This document shows positions 17,806 through 27,400 of a stretch of 29,652 bases of DNA, piece after piece. The DNA lies in NCBI GenBank assembly GCA_046485285.1, contig JAWOHE010000063.1, positions 1 to 29,652 on the forward strand, in the 5' to 3' direction. The stretch's first letter is position 1. Each line of letters begins with the position of its first letter. Both the position numbers and the translations under genes were made by a program. This DNA is from a bacterium. Lineage in GTDB: Bacteria; Hydrothermota; Tepidihabitantia; Tepidihabitantales; Tepidihabitantaceae. The notes under the pieces are model-generated. The model was not told where the DNA came from and searched no databases. It saw nothing but the letters and a program-made list of their open reading frames with translations.

Positions 17806-19257
17806 TCACGGAAGGGCGAGCCGGCCGGAGTTCCGGGCATCGCGGCGGTACTGGGGCCAGAAGCTCAACGCGGGCGGACCGTCGCCGCGGAACGCGTAGA
17901 CCCCGCCGTCCCAGGAGCCGACGTAGACCGTACCGTCGGGACCGATGACCGGCGAAGATGTGTAGTAGGTGTCCTTATCGCCTGCCGCCACCTCCTGGCG
18001 CCAGAGCAGACGGCCGTCCGCACGCAGCGCGTAGAGGACGCCGTCGTCGGCGAGAAAGTAGACCGTGCCCTTGTCGCTGACCGCCGGCGTGCTGGAGATG
18101 ATGTCGTCGGCCTCGTACATCACCCGAAACCCGGCACCGGGCGGCGGACCGGCCGGGCCCGGTGGGTCGAGTCGGCAGAGGTAGTAGCCGTCGGTACCGA
18201 GCCAGAGCGCGCCGTCCGGGCCGGCCACGACCTCGGTTCGGATCTCGTCCTCGTCGCCCACGGCGAGCCGCCAGAGCCGCGTTCCGTCCGGGCCGACCGC
18301 GTGAAACCGGCCTTCGGAGTCGCCAACGTAGGCGGTACCGTCCGGTCCGGGTACCGGACCCGGGAAGAAGTAGCCGTCCTCGCCGCCGTAGGCCCAGTTG
18401 CGGCGTCCGCGTGGAGTGAGGCAGTAGAGCGAGTCGGCGGTGACGAGCACCGAGCCGTCGGCGGCAATCGACGGCGCGCCGGTGATTTCCTGCCCGGTGT
18501 CGAACTGCCAGAGGATGCGGCGTCGGGGCCAGATGACGACGCGGTCGGGTGTCACCGCGAGGACGCGCCCCCGGTCGGTGCCGACGATGAGGTTGCCGCG
18601 GGCGTCGATGGCCGGCGGCACGTAGACCTCATCGGCGACGCCGAGCTGCCAGAGTACGTTTCCGTTGTCGCGGTCGAGGCAGTAGAGGTTCGAATCGAGC
18701 GAGCCGACGTACACCCGGCGCCCGTCGAGCGCAGCCGAGGCGAAGAAGGCCGCGCCGGCCTCGAAGCCCCAGCGCAGGATGCCGGTCGAGTCGAGCGAGT
18801 AGAACCAGCCCGAGTCGTCGCCAACGTAGATATTCCCGTTCTCGTCGACCACCGGGGTCGCGACGACCGGGTCGAAGGTCTCAAACACCCACCTGAGCGG
18901 CGAGGGCCCAACCCGGACCCCGAGCGGCCGGCTCCATTCGGACACCATCCCGAGCGAGTCGCTCAGGCGGACGCGGATGGCGAAGTCGCCCCAGGTGGTG
19001 TAGCGGTGAGCCCGCATCACTTCATAGCTGAACCGTAGCGGGTCGGTCCATCCGAGGGTATCGCCGTCGCCCCAGTCAACCTGGTAGCGGTATGGCATCC
19101 GGACCCCGTCGGGCGGAAATATCTTGAGTTCGAGGTCGAGTGCCGTATCGGCCTCGGCAACTGCGACCAGCGAATCGGGCGCGGGCGTCGGGTCTGCGGC
19201 CGACGCCCCGGTGGGCAGCAACAGGACGACGACAATAGCGGGTACGAGCAGTCTCAT
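17806..19257 (-). CDS. Secreted PKD-domain plus PQQ-like (BamB-type) beta-propeller protein
   Basis: Signal peptide; YQVDWGDG..H.Y...G.F.IRV (PKD); repeated P.I..DGTVYVGS.DG..YA...G...W. Confidence 0.85.
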   Translation of the reverse strand: MRLLVPAIVVVLLLPTGASAADPTPAPDSLVAVAEADTALDLELKIFPPDGVRMPYRYQVDWGDGDTLGWTDPLRFSYEVMRAHRYTTWGDFAIRVRLSDSLGMVSEWSRPLGVRVGPSPLRWVFETFDPVVATPVVDENGNIYVGDDSGWFYSLDSTGILRWGFEAGAAFFASAALDGRRVYVGSLDSNLYCLDRDNGNVLWQLGVADEVYVPPAIDARGNLIVGTDRGRVLAVTPDRVVIWPRRRILWQFDTGQEITGAPSIAADGSVLVTADSLYCLTPRGRRNWAYGGEDGYFFPGPVPGPDGTAYVGDSEGRFHAVGPDGTRLWRLAVGDEDEIRTEVVAGPDGALWLGTDGYYLCRLDPPGPAGPPPGAGFRVMYEADDIISSTPAVSDKGTVYFLADDGVLYALRADGRLLWRQEVAAGDKDTYYTSSPVIGPDGTVYVGSWDGGVYAFRGDGPPALSFWPQYRRDARNSGRLALP

Positions 19258-19308
19258 CGGCGACCTCCAGTCATTGCGGCGGTTCTGTACGATGACAATG
19301 CACCTGAT

Positions 19309-19336
19309 ATAGTGTCAGCTACGTGCGGCGTGTCAA
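19309..19336 (-). promoter_or_regulatory. Internal promoter for the PQQ-Yip1-TolC-MacAB cluster
   Basis: TTGACA (contains the ribF stop TGA)-N16-CACTAT; GGAGG SD before ATG 19257. Confidence 0.5.
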
Positions 19337-20238
19337 GCGTCGCGCCCGGCGTCGCCGAGGATGCGGCGGGCCGCGGCGGCGTCCTCGGCAATCCGGCGGG
19401 CAAGAGCTTCCTGGTCCGGGAACCGGCGTTCGGGGCGGAGGCGGGCGACGAACAACACTGCGAGGTGCGCGGGCGTGGCGGTGACCTTCCCGTCAAGCAG
19501 GTGGGCCTCGACCGTCCGTGTCTCACCGCCGAAGGTCGGCCGGTGACCGATGTTGAGCGCCGCGGGCCGGCGCCGGCCGTTCAGCACGGCCCAGGCGGCA
19601 TAGACGCCGTCGGCAGGGACGAGCTTCTCCTTCTCCCGGACCGCGATGTTCAGGGTCGGGAAACCGAGGCGGCGGCCGGTGCCGGTGCCGGTAACGACCG
19701 GGCCGGCGACGCGGTAGTGGCGTCCGAGCAGTTCGGCGGCGCGGCCGACGTCGCCGAGCAAGAGGCGCTCACGGATCCGGGTGCTCCGCACCGGCGCGTC
19801 GCGAAGGACGAACTCGGGGACGACCTCGACCCTTACGCCGCGCGGCTCGAGCTGGCGGCGAAGGAAGTCGACGTCGCCGCGGCCCCGGTGGCCGAAGCGG
19901 TGGTCGTGGCCGACGACGACCGCGCGGGGTTCGAGCGCCAGGACCTCGCGCTCGACGAACTCGGCCGGTTCGAGCCGACTCACCGGTTCATCGAACCGGA
20001 TGACCCGGACGAACGCCGCACCCAACTCCTTGAGCAGTTGGATCTTCTCTTCAAGCGGGGTCAGCACGAAGGTGAAGTCCGGGTTGAGGAGCTGGGCAGG
20101 AAGCGGGTCAAGCGTCAGCACGCCGGGGATTGTGTTGAGTTCGCGGGCCAGCCGCCGGGCGGTGTCGAGGATCGCCTGGTGGCCGAGATGGACTCCGTCG
20201 AAGCCGCCGACGGCGATGATCGCGCCGGTTTCGCTCAC
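19333..20238 (-). CDS. ribF: Bifunctional riboflavin kinase / FAD synthetase
   Basis: GGFDGVHLGHQ, VGHDHRFG, SSTRIR-like RSTRIR, GRRLGFPTLN, GHRPTF, VEAHLLD, RLRPERRF. Confidence 0.96.
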   Translation of the reverse strand: MSETGAIIAVGGFDGVHLGHQAILDTARRLARELNTIPGVLTLDPLPAQLLNPDFTFVLTPLEEKIQLLKELGAAFVRVIRFDEPVSRLEPAEFVEREVLALEPRAVVVGHDHRFGHRGRGDVDFLRRQLEPRGVRVEVVPEFVLRDAPVRSTRIRERLLLGDVGRAAELLGRHYRVAGPVVTGTGTGRRLGFPTLNIAVREKEKLVPADGVYAAWAVLNGRRRPAALNIGHRPTFGGETRTVEAHLLDGKVTATPAHLAVLFVARLRPERRFPDQEALARRIAEDAAAARRILGDAGRDA

Positions 20239-21149
20239 TTGCCCTCCACGAAGACCAGCCGCACCGGGCGGATTGATGCCTCGCCGGTAGCGACGAGCGC
20301 CAGGAAGCTCCCGTCAGCGGTGCGGGCCAGAGCGTGGCGAGCGTTCGGGACCCGGTTCCGGTGAACCGGCCGTCCCGCGAGCAGCTCCCCGGCCTCGCGT
20401 GCGGTGACCTCGAGCCGGGGCAGGCCGGGCAGGGCCTCCTCGACCGGGACCAGCCGGCGCGCGATAGTTCTGGCGTCGAGCGTGTCAAGCGGCGACGCGC
20501 CCTCGAGGGTGAAACCGCCGGACTTCGTCCGGACGAGTGCGGCGAGGGTGGCAGCGCTCGCCGCGGCCCGGCCGATATCGCGGCAGAGCGAGCGTATGTA
20601 GGTGCCGGAGGAAACCAGGGCCCGGATGCGGGCGCGGGGCGGACACCAGTCGAGCAGTCCGAGTCGATGGACGGTGACCGATCGGGGTTTCGGCTTCACC
20701 GGCTTGCCGGCCCGGGCGAGCTGGTAGGCGCGAACGCCGTTCTGTTTGAGCGCCGAATACTCGGGCGGGACCTGCTCGATGATGCCGGTGAACTGCCGAA
20801 GGACGGCCGTCAGCCCGGTCGCGTCGAAGGACGGCACCGGCTGTTCCTCGACAACCTTGCCGGTGATATCGTCGGTGTCGGTGCGTTGGCCGAAGAGCAG
20901 TTCGGCCTCGTACTCCTTGGGCGATTCGAGCAGGAACCGGCTGACCCGGGTCGCCGGGCCGACCAGCACCAGCAGGATGCCCGAGGCGATGGGGTCGAGC
21001 GTACCGGCGTGGCCGAGCGCGGGGCGGCCGGGCCGGAGCAGGCTCTTGACCCGGCGGATGACGTCGAACGACGAGATCCCGGACGGCTTGTTGACGTTGA
21101 GAATCCCGCGCAACTGTTCGGCAACCGGGGTGGACGGGGACGGTGACAT
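20235..21149 (-). CDS. truB: tRNA pseudouridine(55) synthase
   Basis: GILNVNKPSGISSFD, GHAGTLDPIASGIL, PPEYSALK, SSGTYIRSLCRDIG. Confidence 0.97.
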   Translation of the reverse strand: MSPSPSTPVAEQLRGILNVNKPSGISSFDVIRRVKSLLRPGRPALGHAGTLDPIASGILLVLVGPATRVSRFLLESPKEYEAELLFGQRTDTDDITGKVVEEQPVPSFDATGLTAVLRQFTGIIEQVPPEYSALKQNGVRAYQLARAGKPVKPKPRSVTVHRLGLLDWCPPRARIRALVSSGTYIRSLCRDIGRAAASAATLAALVRTKSGGFTLEGASPLDTLDARTIARRLVPVEEALPGLPRLEVTAREAGELLAGRPVHRNRVPNARHALARTADGSFLALVATGEASIRPVRLVFVEGK

Positions 21150-21162
21150 TGCCGGGCCGGCT

Positions 21163-21555
21163 TCAGTCCGGGTCCTGCTCCTTGTCAGGCGGTTCCATCT
21201 CCGTTACCGGGGGCGGGGCGGGCGTCACGTCGCTGAGCAGTTCGCCGACGCGGTACTCGTGCTCCTGCAGCTCGTCGAACCGGAAGCGCAACTCGGGTGT
21301 GCGACGCAGCTCGAGGGCCTGGGCGAGTCGGCGGCGCACGAAGCCGGCCGCGCGCTCGAGCCCGGCCAGGGTCCGGCGCCGCCGGGCTTCGTCGCCGAGC
21401 ACCGAGAAGAAGACGGTGGCGATCTTCAGGTCCCGGGTCAGGCTGCACCGGGTAATCGTGACGAAGCCGATGTCCGGGTCGCCGAGTTCCTCGACGACGA
21501 CCCGGGCGACGACCTCGCGGATGGCGTCGGCGACCCGTGCCTGGCGGTACTGCAT
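21163..21555 (-). CDS. rbfA: 30S ribosome-binding factor A
   Basis: RQARVADAIRE, FVTIT..LTRDLKIATVFFS, LRRTPELRFRFD; rbfA-truB-ribF synteny; start ATG 21555. Confidence 0.96.
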   Translation of the reverse strand: MQYRQARVADAIREVVARVVVEELGDPDIGFVTITRCSLTRDLKIATVFFSVLGDEARRRRTLAGLERAAGFVRRRLAQALELRRTPELRFRFDELQEHEYRVGELLSDVTPAPPPVTEMEPPDKEQDPD

Positions 21556-21562
21556 CAGGGCT

Positions 21563-21590
21563 ATTCTAGCCGTCCGTACCGTGGTGTAAA
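21563..21590 (-). promoter_or_regulatory. rbfA operon promoter, likely leaderless
   Basis: TTTACA-N16-TAGAAT, then 7 nt to ATG 21555. Confidence 0.75.
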
Positions 21591-21686
21591 GCGGGCCGGG
21601 TGAAGCGCGGGCCGCGCAGGCCGGCATCCGGGCCAGGAGTCGCGGCGAGTGAAAGCTCTCCTGCCTGCCGGCTGAGTTCCGGCCGG

Positions 21687-21714
21687 TTGACCTTCGACCC
21701 GGGCCGGGTAGATT
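21687..21714 (+). promoter_or_regulatory. SpoIID/LytB gene promoter, likely leaderless
   Basis: TTGACC-N16-TAGATT, then 7 nt to ATG 21722. Confidence 0.7.
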
Positions 21715-21721
21715 GGACAGG

Positions 21722-22969
21722 ATGAGCAGTGCATCGCGCGCGGGGACCTGCCGCCGGCCCCTGGCCCGAAGCGTGGCGGCGCTGTTGCTGTCCGGGCTGG
21801 CCTGTTGCTGCTACAGCCCGGCGGTGGCGAGGAGCCCCCGGGTCAGCCGACCGCTCAGGGCAGCGGCCCGCCGCCCGGCCCCGCCGGTGGCGGGCGGCGA
21901 ACCCGAGGTCCGGGTTCGGCTGACCGAGCCCGGCTCGCCCGTGGCGCTGACCTGTAACCGGGCCGTCACGCTATCCTGCGGCCGCGACTCGCGACGGCTC
22001 GAGGCCGGAACCCGGCTGACGCTTCGGCCCGACCGCGGCATCACGGTCGAGGTCGGCGCGCGGCCCTGGCAGAGAACCGGCGAGACGCTCTACTGCCGGC
22101 CGGTCGAGGAAGGGCTGTGGAGTGTCGGCACGCGCCGCTACCGGGGCCGGATGCTGGCCTTCCGCGACAGCGCGGGCGGGATCGCGCTCGTCAACGAGCT
22201 CGGGCTCGAGGATTACCTCGCCGGCGTGGTCCCCGCGGAAATCGGGCCGATCAACGACGAGACCATCGAGGCGGTCAAGGCGCAGGCGGTCGCGGCCCGG
22301 AGCTTCACGCTGACCCGGCTCGGCCGGCGCCGGGGCCTCGGCCACTCGCTGTTCGACAGCTACCTGCGCGACCAGGAATACCGGGGCGCCGGAGCCGAGG
22401 TCGAGCTCGCGCGGCGCGCGCTGAGCGAGACACGGGGTGAGGTCCTGCTCCTGGGCGGCGAGCCGCTCGAGGCGCTCTACCACGCCAACTGCGGGGGCCG
22501 GACCGCGCCCGGGGCCGGGGGCGCGATTCCGTCGGTCCACGACACGCGCGACGGCCGGCCGGGCCGTGCCTGGTGCGCGGGCGGCAAGCACTACGCGTGG
22601 ACCGCCAGCTTCACGCGCGACGAGTTCGAGCGCAGGCTGGCCGCGGTCGCGGGCCGGGGCGGCCGGCTCCGGGTGCGAAGCCTGCGTATCGAGCGGGACG
22701 AGTCGGGCCGCGCCCGGCGGCTCGAGTTCGCGACCGACCGCGGGAGCGTCCGGGTCGGCGGCAGTGATTTCCGGATGGGACTCGGGCTCAAGTCGACCCA
22801 GTTCGAGGTCGAGCTCGGCGCCCGGACCGTCAAGTTCACAGGCCGGGGCTGGGGCCACGGCGTCGGGATGTGCCAGGAGGGCGCGCTCGCGCAAGCCCGG
22901 GCCGGGAATGACTACCGTCGGATCCTCGGCCGCTACTACCCCGGAGCGTCGGTCTCGCGGCGATACTAG
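21722..22969 (+). CDS. SpoIID/LytB-domain protein (putative lytic transglycosylase)
   Basis: YRG..VNELGLEDYLAGVVPAE, AVKAQAVAARSF, QEYRG, YHANCGG, GRGWGHGVGMCQEGA, YRRILGRYYPG. Confidence 0.93.
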   Translation: MSSASRAGTCRRPLARSVAALLLSGLACCCYSPAVARSPRVSRPLRAAARRPAPPVAGGEPEVRVRLTEPGSPVALTCNRAVTLSCGRDSRRLEAGTRLTLRPDRGITVEVGARPWQRTGETLYCRPVEEGLWSVGTRRYRGRMLAFRDSAGGIALVNELGLEDYLAGVVPAEIGPINDETIEAVKAQAVAARSFTLTRLGRRRGLGHSLFDSYLRDQEYRGAGAEVELARRALSETRGEVLLLGGEPLEALYHANCGGRTAPGAGGAIPSVHDTRDGRPGRAWCAGGKHYAWTASFTRDEFERRLAAVAGRGGRLRVRSLRIERDESGRARRLEFATDRGSVRVGGSDFRMGLGLKSTQFEVELGARTVKFTGRGWGHGVGMCQEGALAQARAGNDYRRILGRYYPGASVSRRY

Positions 22970-23089
22970 CGCGACCGCCGTTCCCGTTCTGCCGGCGCAG
23001 CCATCCGCGCATCGACCGGTCCTGTCACGCCCGGCAGCGGGCCGCGCCCGCGGTTCGGATAAGGCGGCAGTGCGGCCAGGACGGCCGGG

Positions 23090-23665
23090 CTACTCGGCCG
23101 GCGCCCGGTCGCAGGGCGTGTCGGCGATGAGGACCGCGGCCGCGACAACGCTGGTCCAGAGCCCGTGCTTGTCGCCGATGGCGCTCTGGGTGACGTTCTG
23201 GGTGCGGTAGATGTCGCCCGAGATCTTCCAGATTTCCTTGCGTTCGTCGTAACTCGTGTCCGGGTTGAACCGGACCCCGAGCGTGGTCGCGAGCATCTGG
23301 GCGGCGAGGTCCTCGGAGTAGTCGCCGACCCGTTCCTCGCGCTCGCCGAAGGAGTGGTACTCGGACAGGTAGCCGAACATCGCCGGGTCCTTGGGAATGG
23401 CGACGCCGACCGAGGCGGAGAGCAGGCGATGGGGCTCGTTGGTGGCGTTGTCGCTGATGACGACGAAGAGAATCTGGCCGTGGGTGAGCATTCCGAGCCC
23501 GCGCTTGCGCGAGACGATCCTGCAGCGGGGCGGGAAGATCGAGGAGACCCGGACGAGGTTGTAGGACGCGATACCGGCGTCGCGGAGGGCGGCCTCGAAG
23601 CTCGCGAGCTTCTCGCGGTGGCGGCCGACGCCCTTGGTGAGGAAGACGTGGGTGGGGAGAATCAA
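23090..23665 (-). CDS. pdaD: Pyruvoyl-dependent arginine decarboxylase
   Basis: FLTKGVG...LASFEAALRDAGIASYNLVRVSSIFPP (Ser-Ser autocleavage site), GYLSEYH; AGGAGG SD before TTG 23665. Confidence 0.92.
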   Translation of the reverse strand: MILPTHVFLTKGVGRHREKLASFEAALRDAGIASYNLVRVSSIFPPRCRIVSRKRGLGMLTHGQILFVVISDNATNEPHRLLSASVGVAIPKDPAMFGYLSEYHSFGEREERVGDYSEDLAAQMLATTLGVRFNPDTSYDERKEIWKISGDIYRTQNVTQSAIGDKHGLWTSVVAAAVLIADTPCDRAPAE

Positions 23666-23768
23666 GGCACCCTCCTCTCGCTGGCCGGGCCGTCCACAGG
23701 GCGGCCGGCCGTCCCGGACCTCACTGCGGAAAGCGGGCCGGCGCGCGATGACGCGCGCCGGCCGGGAG

Positions 23769-23841
23769 TGGAGCAGACCAGAGTTGAACTGGCGGCCTCC
23801 AGAGTGCGATTCTGGCGCTCTCCCAACTGAGCTACTGCCCC
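23769..23841 (-). tRNA. tRNA-Ala(CGC), CCA not encoded
   Basis: GGGGCAGTAGCTCAGTTGGGAGAGCGCCAGAATCGCACTCTGGAGGCCGCCAGTTCAACTCTGGTCTGCTCCA: cloverleaf, anticodon CGC, G3:U70 pair, A73. Confidence 0.96.
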
Positions 23842-24251
23842 GTGTCAACCGAAGCGGACTCGACCACGGCCCCGGCCAGCCGCTCGACGCGCACCGGGAT
23901 GCCGTCCCGCTCGCGCACCATCAGCGCCAGGGCGTCCGGGTCGGCCGCGAAGCGGCCGATGACCGTCACCGCTTCCGCGACGACCGGCGCCGGGCCGGTG
24001 CTCTTCGGTGTCGGGCCGAAGAAGACGCACAGGTCCGGACCGTCCGGCCAGTAAGCGATGTCGCCGACCGCGACCGTTTCGACCAACTGCCCGGCCGCGG
24101 CCTTGAGCGAGACCGGGAAGTAGATTTCCCCGCCCCAGGTCTCGCCGTGGCAGGCGAGCGGCAGGAGTTTCCAGACCTGCTCGGCGAGCGGCGAATCGTC
24201 GAGCTCACCTTCAACTTTGACGCCGCCGAACGCGAGACGGATGCGTTTCAT
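23832..24251 (-). CDS. Cyclophilin-like fold protein (TM1367/DUF369-type)
   Basis: LPL....TWGGEIYFPV, GDIAYWPDGPDLCVFFGPTP.S, VTVIGR. Confidence 0.88.
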   Translation of the reverse strand: MKRIRLAFGGVKVEGELDDSPLAEQVWKLLPLACHGETWGGEIYFPVSLKAAAGQLVETVAVGDIAYWPDGPDLCVFFGPTPKSTGPAPVVAEAVTVIGRFAADPDALALMVRERDGIPVRVERLAGAVVESASVDTGQ

Positions 24252-24260
24252 TCGGGCAGG

Positions 24261-24288
24261 ATTGTAGGCCGGCAGGCCGGCAAGTCAA
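24261..24288 (-). promoter_or_regulatory. Promoter for cyclophilin-like / tRNA / pdaD, near-leaderless
   Basis: TTGACT-N16-TACAAT, then 9 nt to ATG 24251; no SD. Confidence 0.7.
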
Positions 24289-24423
24289 GGGGGAGGGGCG
24301 GGGTCGCGGGCAGGAGCGGAACTCAAACACGAAGGCAGGAGGAGGAAACCCGGGGATGGATGCGGACGGGGGCAGGGGCGGCGGCCGGTCCCGGCGCTTC
24401 CCCTCGCCCGCCGCCCGAAAGCC

Positions 24424-24447
24424 GAGGGGCGGCTTGCGCCGCCCCTC
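24424..24447 (-). terminator. Hairpin downstream of the large secreted protein gene
   Basis: GAGGGGCGGC-GCAA-GCCGCCCCTC, 10-bp stem with GNRA loop, 19 nt after the stop; short U-run follows. Confidence 0.65.
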
Positions 24448-24466
24448 AGCAATCGGTCGTTCCGGG

Positions 24467-27400
24467 CTAGTGCTGGATGACCAGCTTCTGCGTGCCGGTG
24501 AAGCCGTCGGCCTCCACCCTGACCAGGTAGATGCCCGCGCTCAGGTTCCGCAGGTCGAGGCTTACCGCCCCGCTCCGCGAAGCCACGAGGCTCCGGCTCA
24601 GCACGGTCCGGCCGGTCACGTCGAAGACGTGGACCGAGGCCGGCCCGGCCGAAGGCAGCGCATAGCGCACGGTCGCCATCCCGCCCGTGATCGGGTTCGG
24701 CCCGACCTTCACGAAGGGCTGGCCAGGCGTCTCGCCCGCCATCACGCCCGAACGCGCAGGCTGCGGGGCCGCCGGCAGGATCGGCGGGAAGTAGCGCCAG
24801 AACTCCATCGTCTTGTTGGCCTTGAAGGCGAAGAACGCGCCGTCACCCGAGCTGACCACGTCGCCGCCGAACTTCACCCGCTTCTTCTTGCCGGTGGAGC
24901 CGACCTGCGGCATCGTGTCGTGCTCGGTCCAGACGCCCGCCGCGACTTCGAACTTCCAGAACTCGCAGGTGTTGCCACCCTTGAGCGCGTGGATGGTGCT
25001 GTTGTAGAACGCGGCGTTGCTGCCGTCCTTGGCCTTCTTGGACTTGCCGGTCTTGCCCACGAGCGGCATGCCCGGCAGTGCGGTCGCGCCCCAGGTCGAG
25101 GTCGCGAGGTCGAACGGCCACATCTCCATGTACTTCGCCTTGTGGGCGTAGATGGTGTTCTCGCCGTCGTAGGCCAGGAACGAGCCCTTGTCCCACTTCG
25201 GCTTCATCCCGGGCGGCGCGTCAGGGAGCATCTCCCAGGCGAGCGTCTCGGTGTTGAAGCGCATGAAGTCGGACTTGTTGCCCTTGATCATGTAGACGTA
25301 GTTGGGGAGGCTGTCGCCGCCCGGGACGTAGGCGAGGTCGCAGGCCTTGACCTTCTTGCCCGAGGTGCCGAGCGGCACGTCCGGCAGCTGGGTCCAGCCG
25401 CTTCCGCCCACGAGGTCGTAGCGGTAGAACTCGAAGGTGTTGTAGCCCTTGACGAAGTAGACGAAGTCGCCGGCGACGATACCGTTGGCGCCCTTGCTGG
25501 CGGGCTTGGCGCCGGCCGGGATCGCGGGCAGGGCGACCCAGGTGTTGGTGAGGGCGTCGTAGGAGTAGAAGTCGAGCGACTTGTAGCCGCGACCGGCGTA
25601 GATGAGGCCGTCGGCTTCGTTGCGGGTCAGCCAGCCGCCGTCCTTGACCGGGCCCAGCGTCCGGGCCATCTCGACCCAGCCCTCGGTGTAGCGCGGGGAG
25701 ACCGTGAACGCGCCGACGAGGACGTCGTTGCTGGAGTTGGCGTCGCCGGTGAGCGCGACCGCCAGGCGGGTCGTGTAGCCGCCCGCCGGGGTTGCCATCC
25801 AGCCGACCGCGAACTGGTCCTCGAGCTCGACGCCCGGGTCGACCGTCACGGTCATCGTCTCGTCGTAGACCAGCGCGTCACTTCCGTCGTCGATCTGGAA
25901 GTTGACGTCGAAGGTCACCGCCATCGAGCTGTTGTTGCGGACGGTGAAGGCCGGGAAGACCTCTTCGTCGATGAAGACCGCGCCGGCCGGCGCCCGGATG
26001 GCCACCGCCTCGGCGTCGAGGTAGCAGACGTTGAAGGTCTGGTAGACGTCGTCGTTCTCCGGCCGCATATCGCCGCTCAGGTAGGTCGTGCAGCGGGCGG
26101 CGAAGGTGCCGGTGCTGGTCGCGGTCCAGTTCGTGAACCCGCCGACCTCGGCTTCGGTGTCGGCGGCGAGGTCGGTCACCAGCCGCAGGTTGCGGTAGCT
26201 GTCACCGATGCGGAGCGCGACGGTGAAGGTCGCCGCCTGCGAGCCGTAGTTGCGGACGCGGACGCGCGGGCTGACGACCGTGCCCTGCGGGACGTTGCCG
26301 GCCGGCGCGATGATCTCGGTCGGACCGACGTCGACGAGGTAGACGAAGAAGCTGCCGGTCACCGTGTCGTTGGCCGGGTTCTCGTCGGTCGAGAGCAGGG
26401 TCATGCAGGTCGTCGCGTGGTCGCCGATGAGGTCGGCGGTCCAGGTCGCGAATGCCAGCGTGTCGCAGCCGCCGGCGGGCAGGACGACATCGACCGTGTC
26501 GGAGTAGAAGTCGTCGATGTTGAAGACGACCGGGAAGGTCTCTTCGCTGTTGCTGTAGTTCCAGACCACCGCCTGCGGCGTGACGACCGTGCCGAAGTTG
26601 ATGGTGCCGGTCGGCTCGAGGATGCCCGTCGTCGCGACGTCGATGATGTTGCGGCAGCCGAGCCCGGCGGCGTCGTCAACCAGCCAGCCGCCGTCGTACT
26701 GCACCGAGGCGTCGGAGGTGAACAGCCACATGATCCAGAACTCGTCGCCGTCGCTGACCGGGACGTTGAACTTGGCGAGCTCCCAGGGGAAGCTGCCCGA
26801 CCAGCCGATGTGACCGGTCGACAGCGTGCCGTAGTAGGGCCTGCGGCCGCCGGTCGTGTCCGGGTACATCAGGGTCCAGCTCGAGCCGTCGTTGGTCGAG
26901 TAGTAGACGCCGCCGCCGTCCCAGTAGCTCTCGCAGTAGAGCCAGTGCATGAACATTATCGACGGCGTGTCCTGGGTCGCGAGGAGCATCGGCGAAATCA
27001 GCGAGTCGCGCGCGCTGGCGCCGTAGTAGCCGGTCAGCACGTCGCCCCAGCAGTTGATGCCCGAGGGCGGGGCCGGCCGGTTGCTGCCCGGCTCGCCCCA
27101 CGACCAGCCGCCATAACTGCGGTAGTTGCCGTTGTTGTCCTCGAAGTCCTGGACCCAGTCGGCGACAATCGCGGTCGTGGTCTTCGCGTCGTTGGCGTTG
27201 TTGGCGTCGCCGGTCAGCCGGGTCGAGCACTTGACCGCGTAGGAGCCGGTCGCGCTCGGGGTCCAGGTCAGGAAGCCGGTGACGTTGGCCGAGTCGCCGG
27301 GCCCGAGCGCGGTCGTGACCGTGACCGTGCTCGTGTAGCTCGCCCCGATGTCGAGCTTGACCCCGAAGTTGTTCTGGCTCGCGGTGCCGTAGTTCTTCAC

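Noticed and set aside
23843-23848. TTGACA immediately 5' of tRNA-Ala as its promoter
   Set aside because: The matching -10 would fall inside the tRNA and reads TTGGGA
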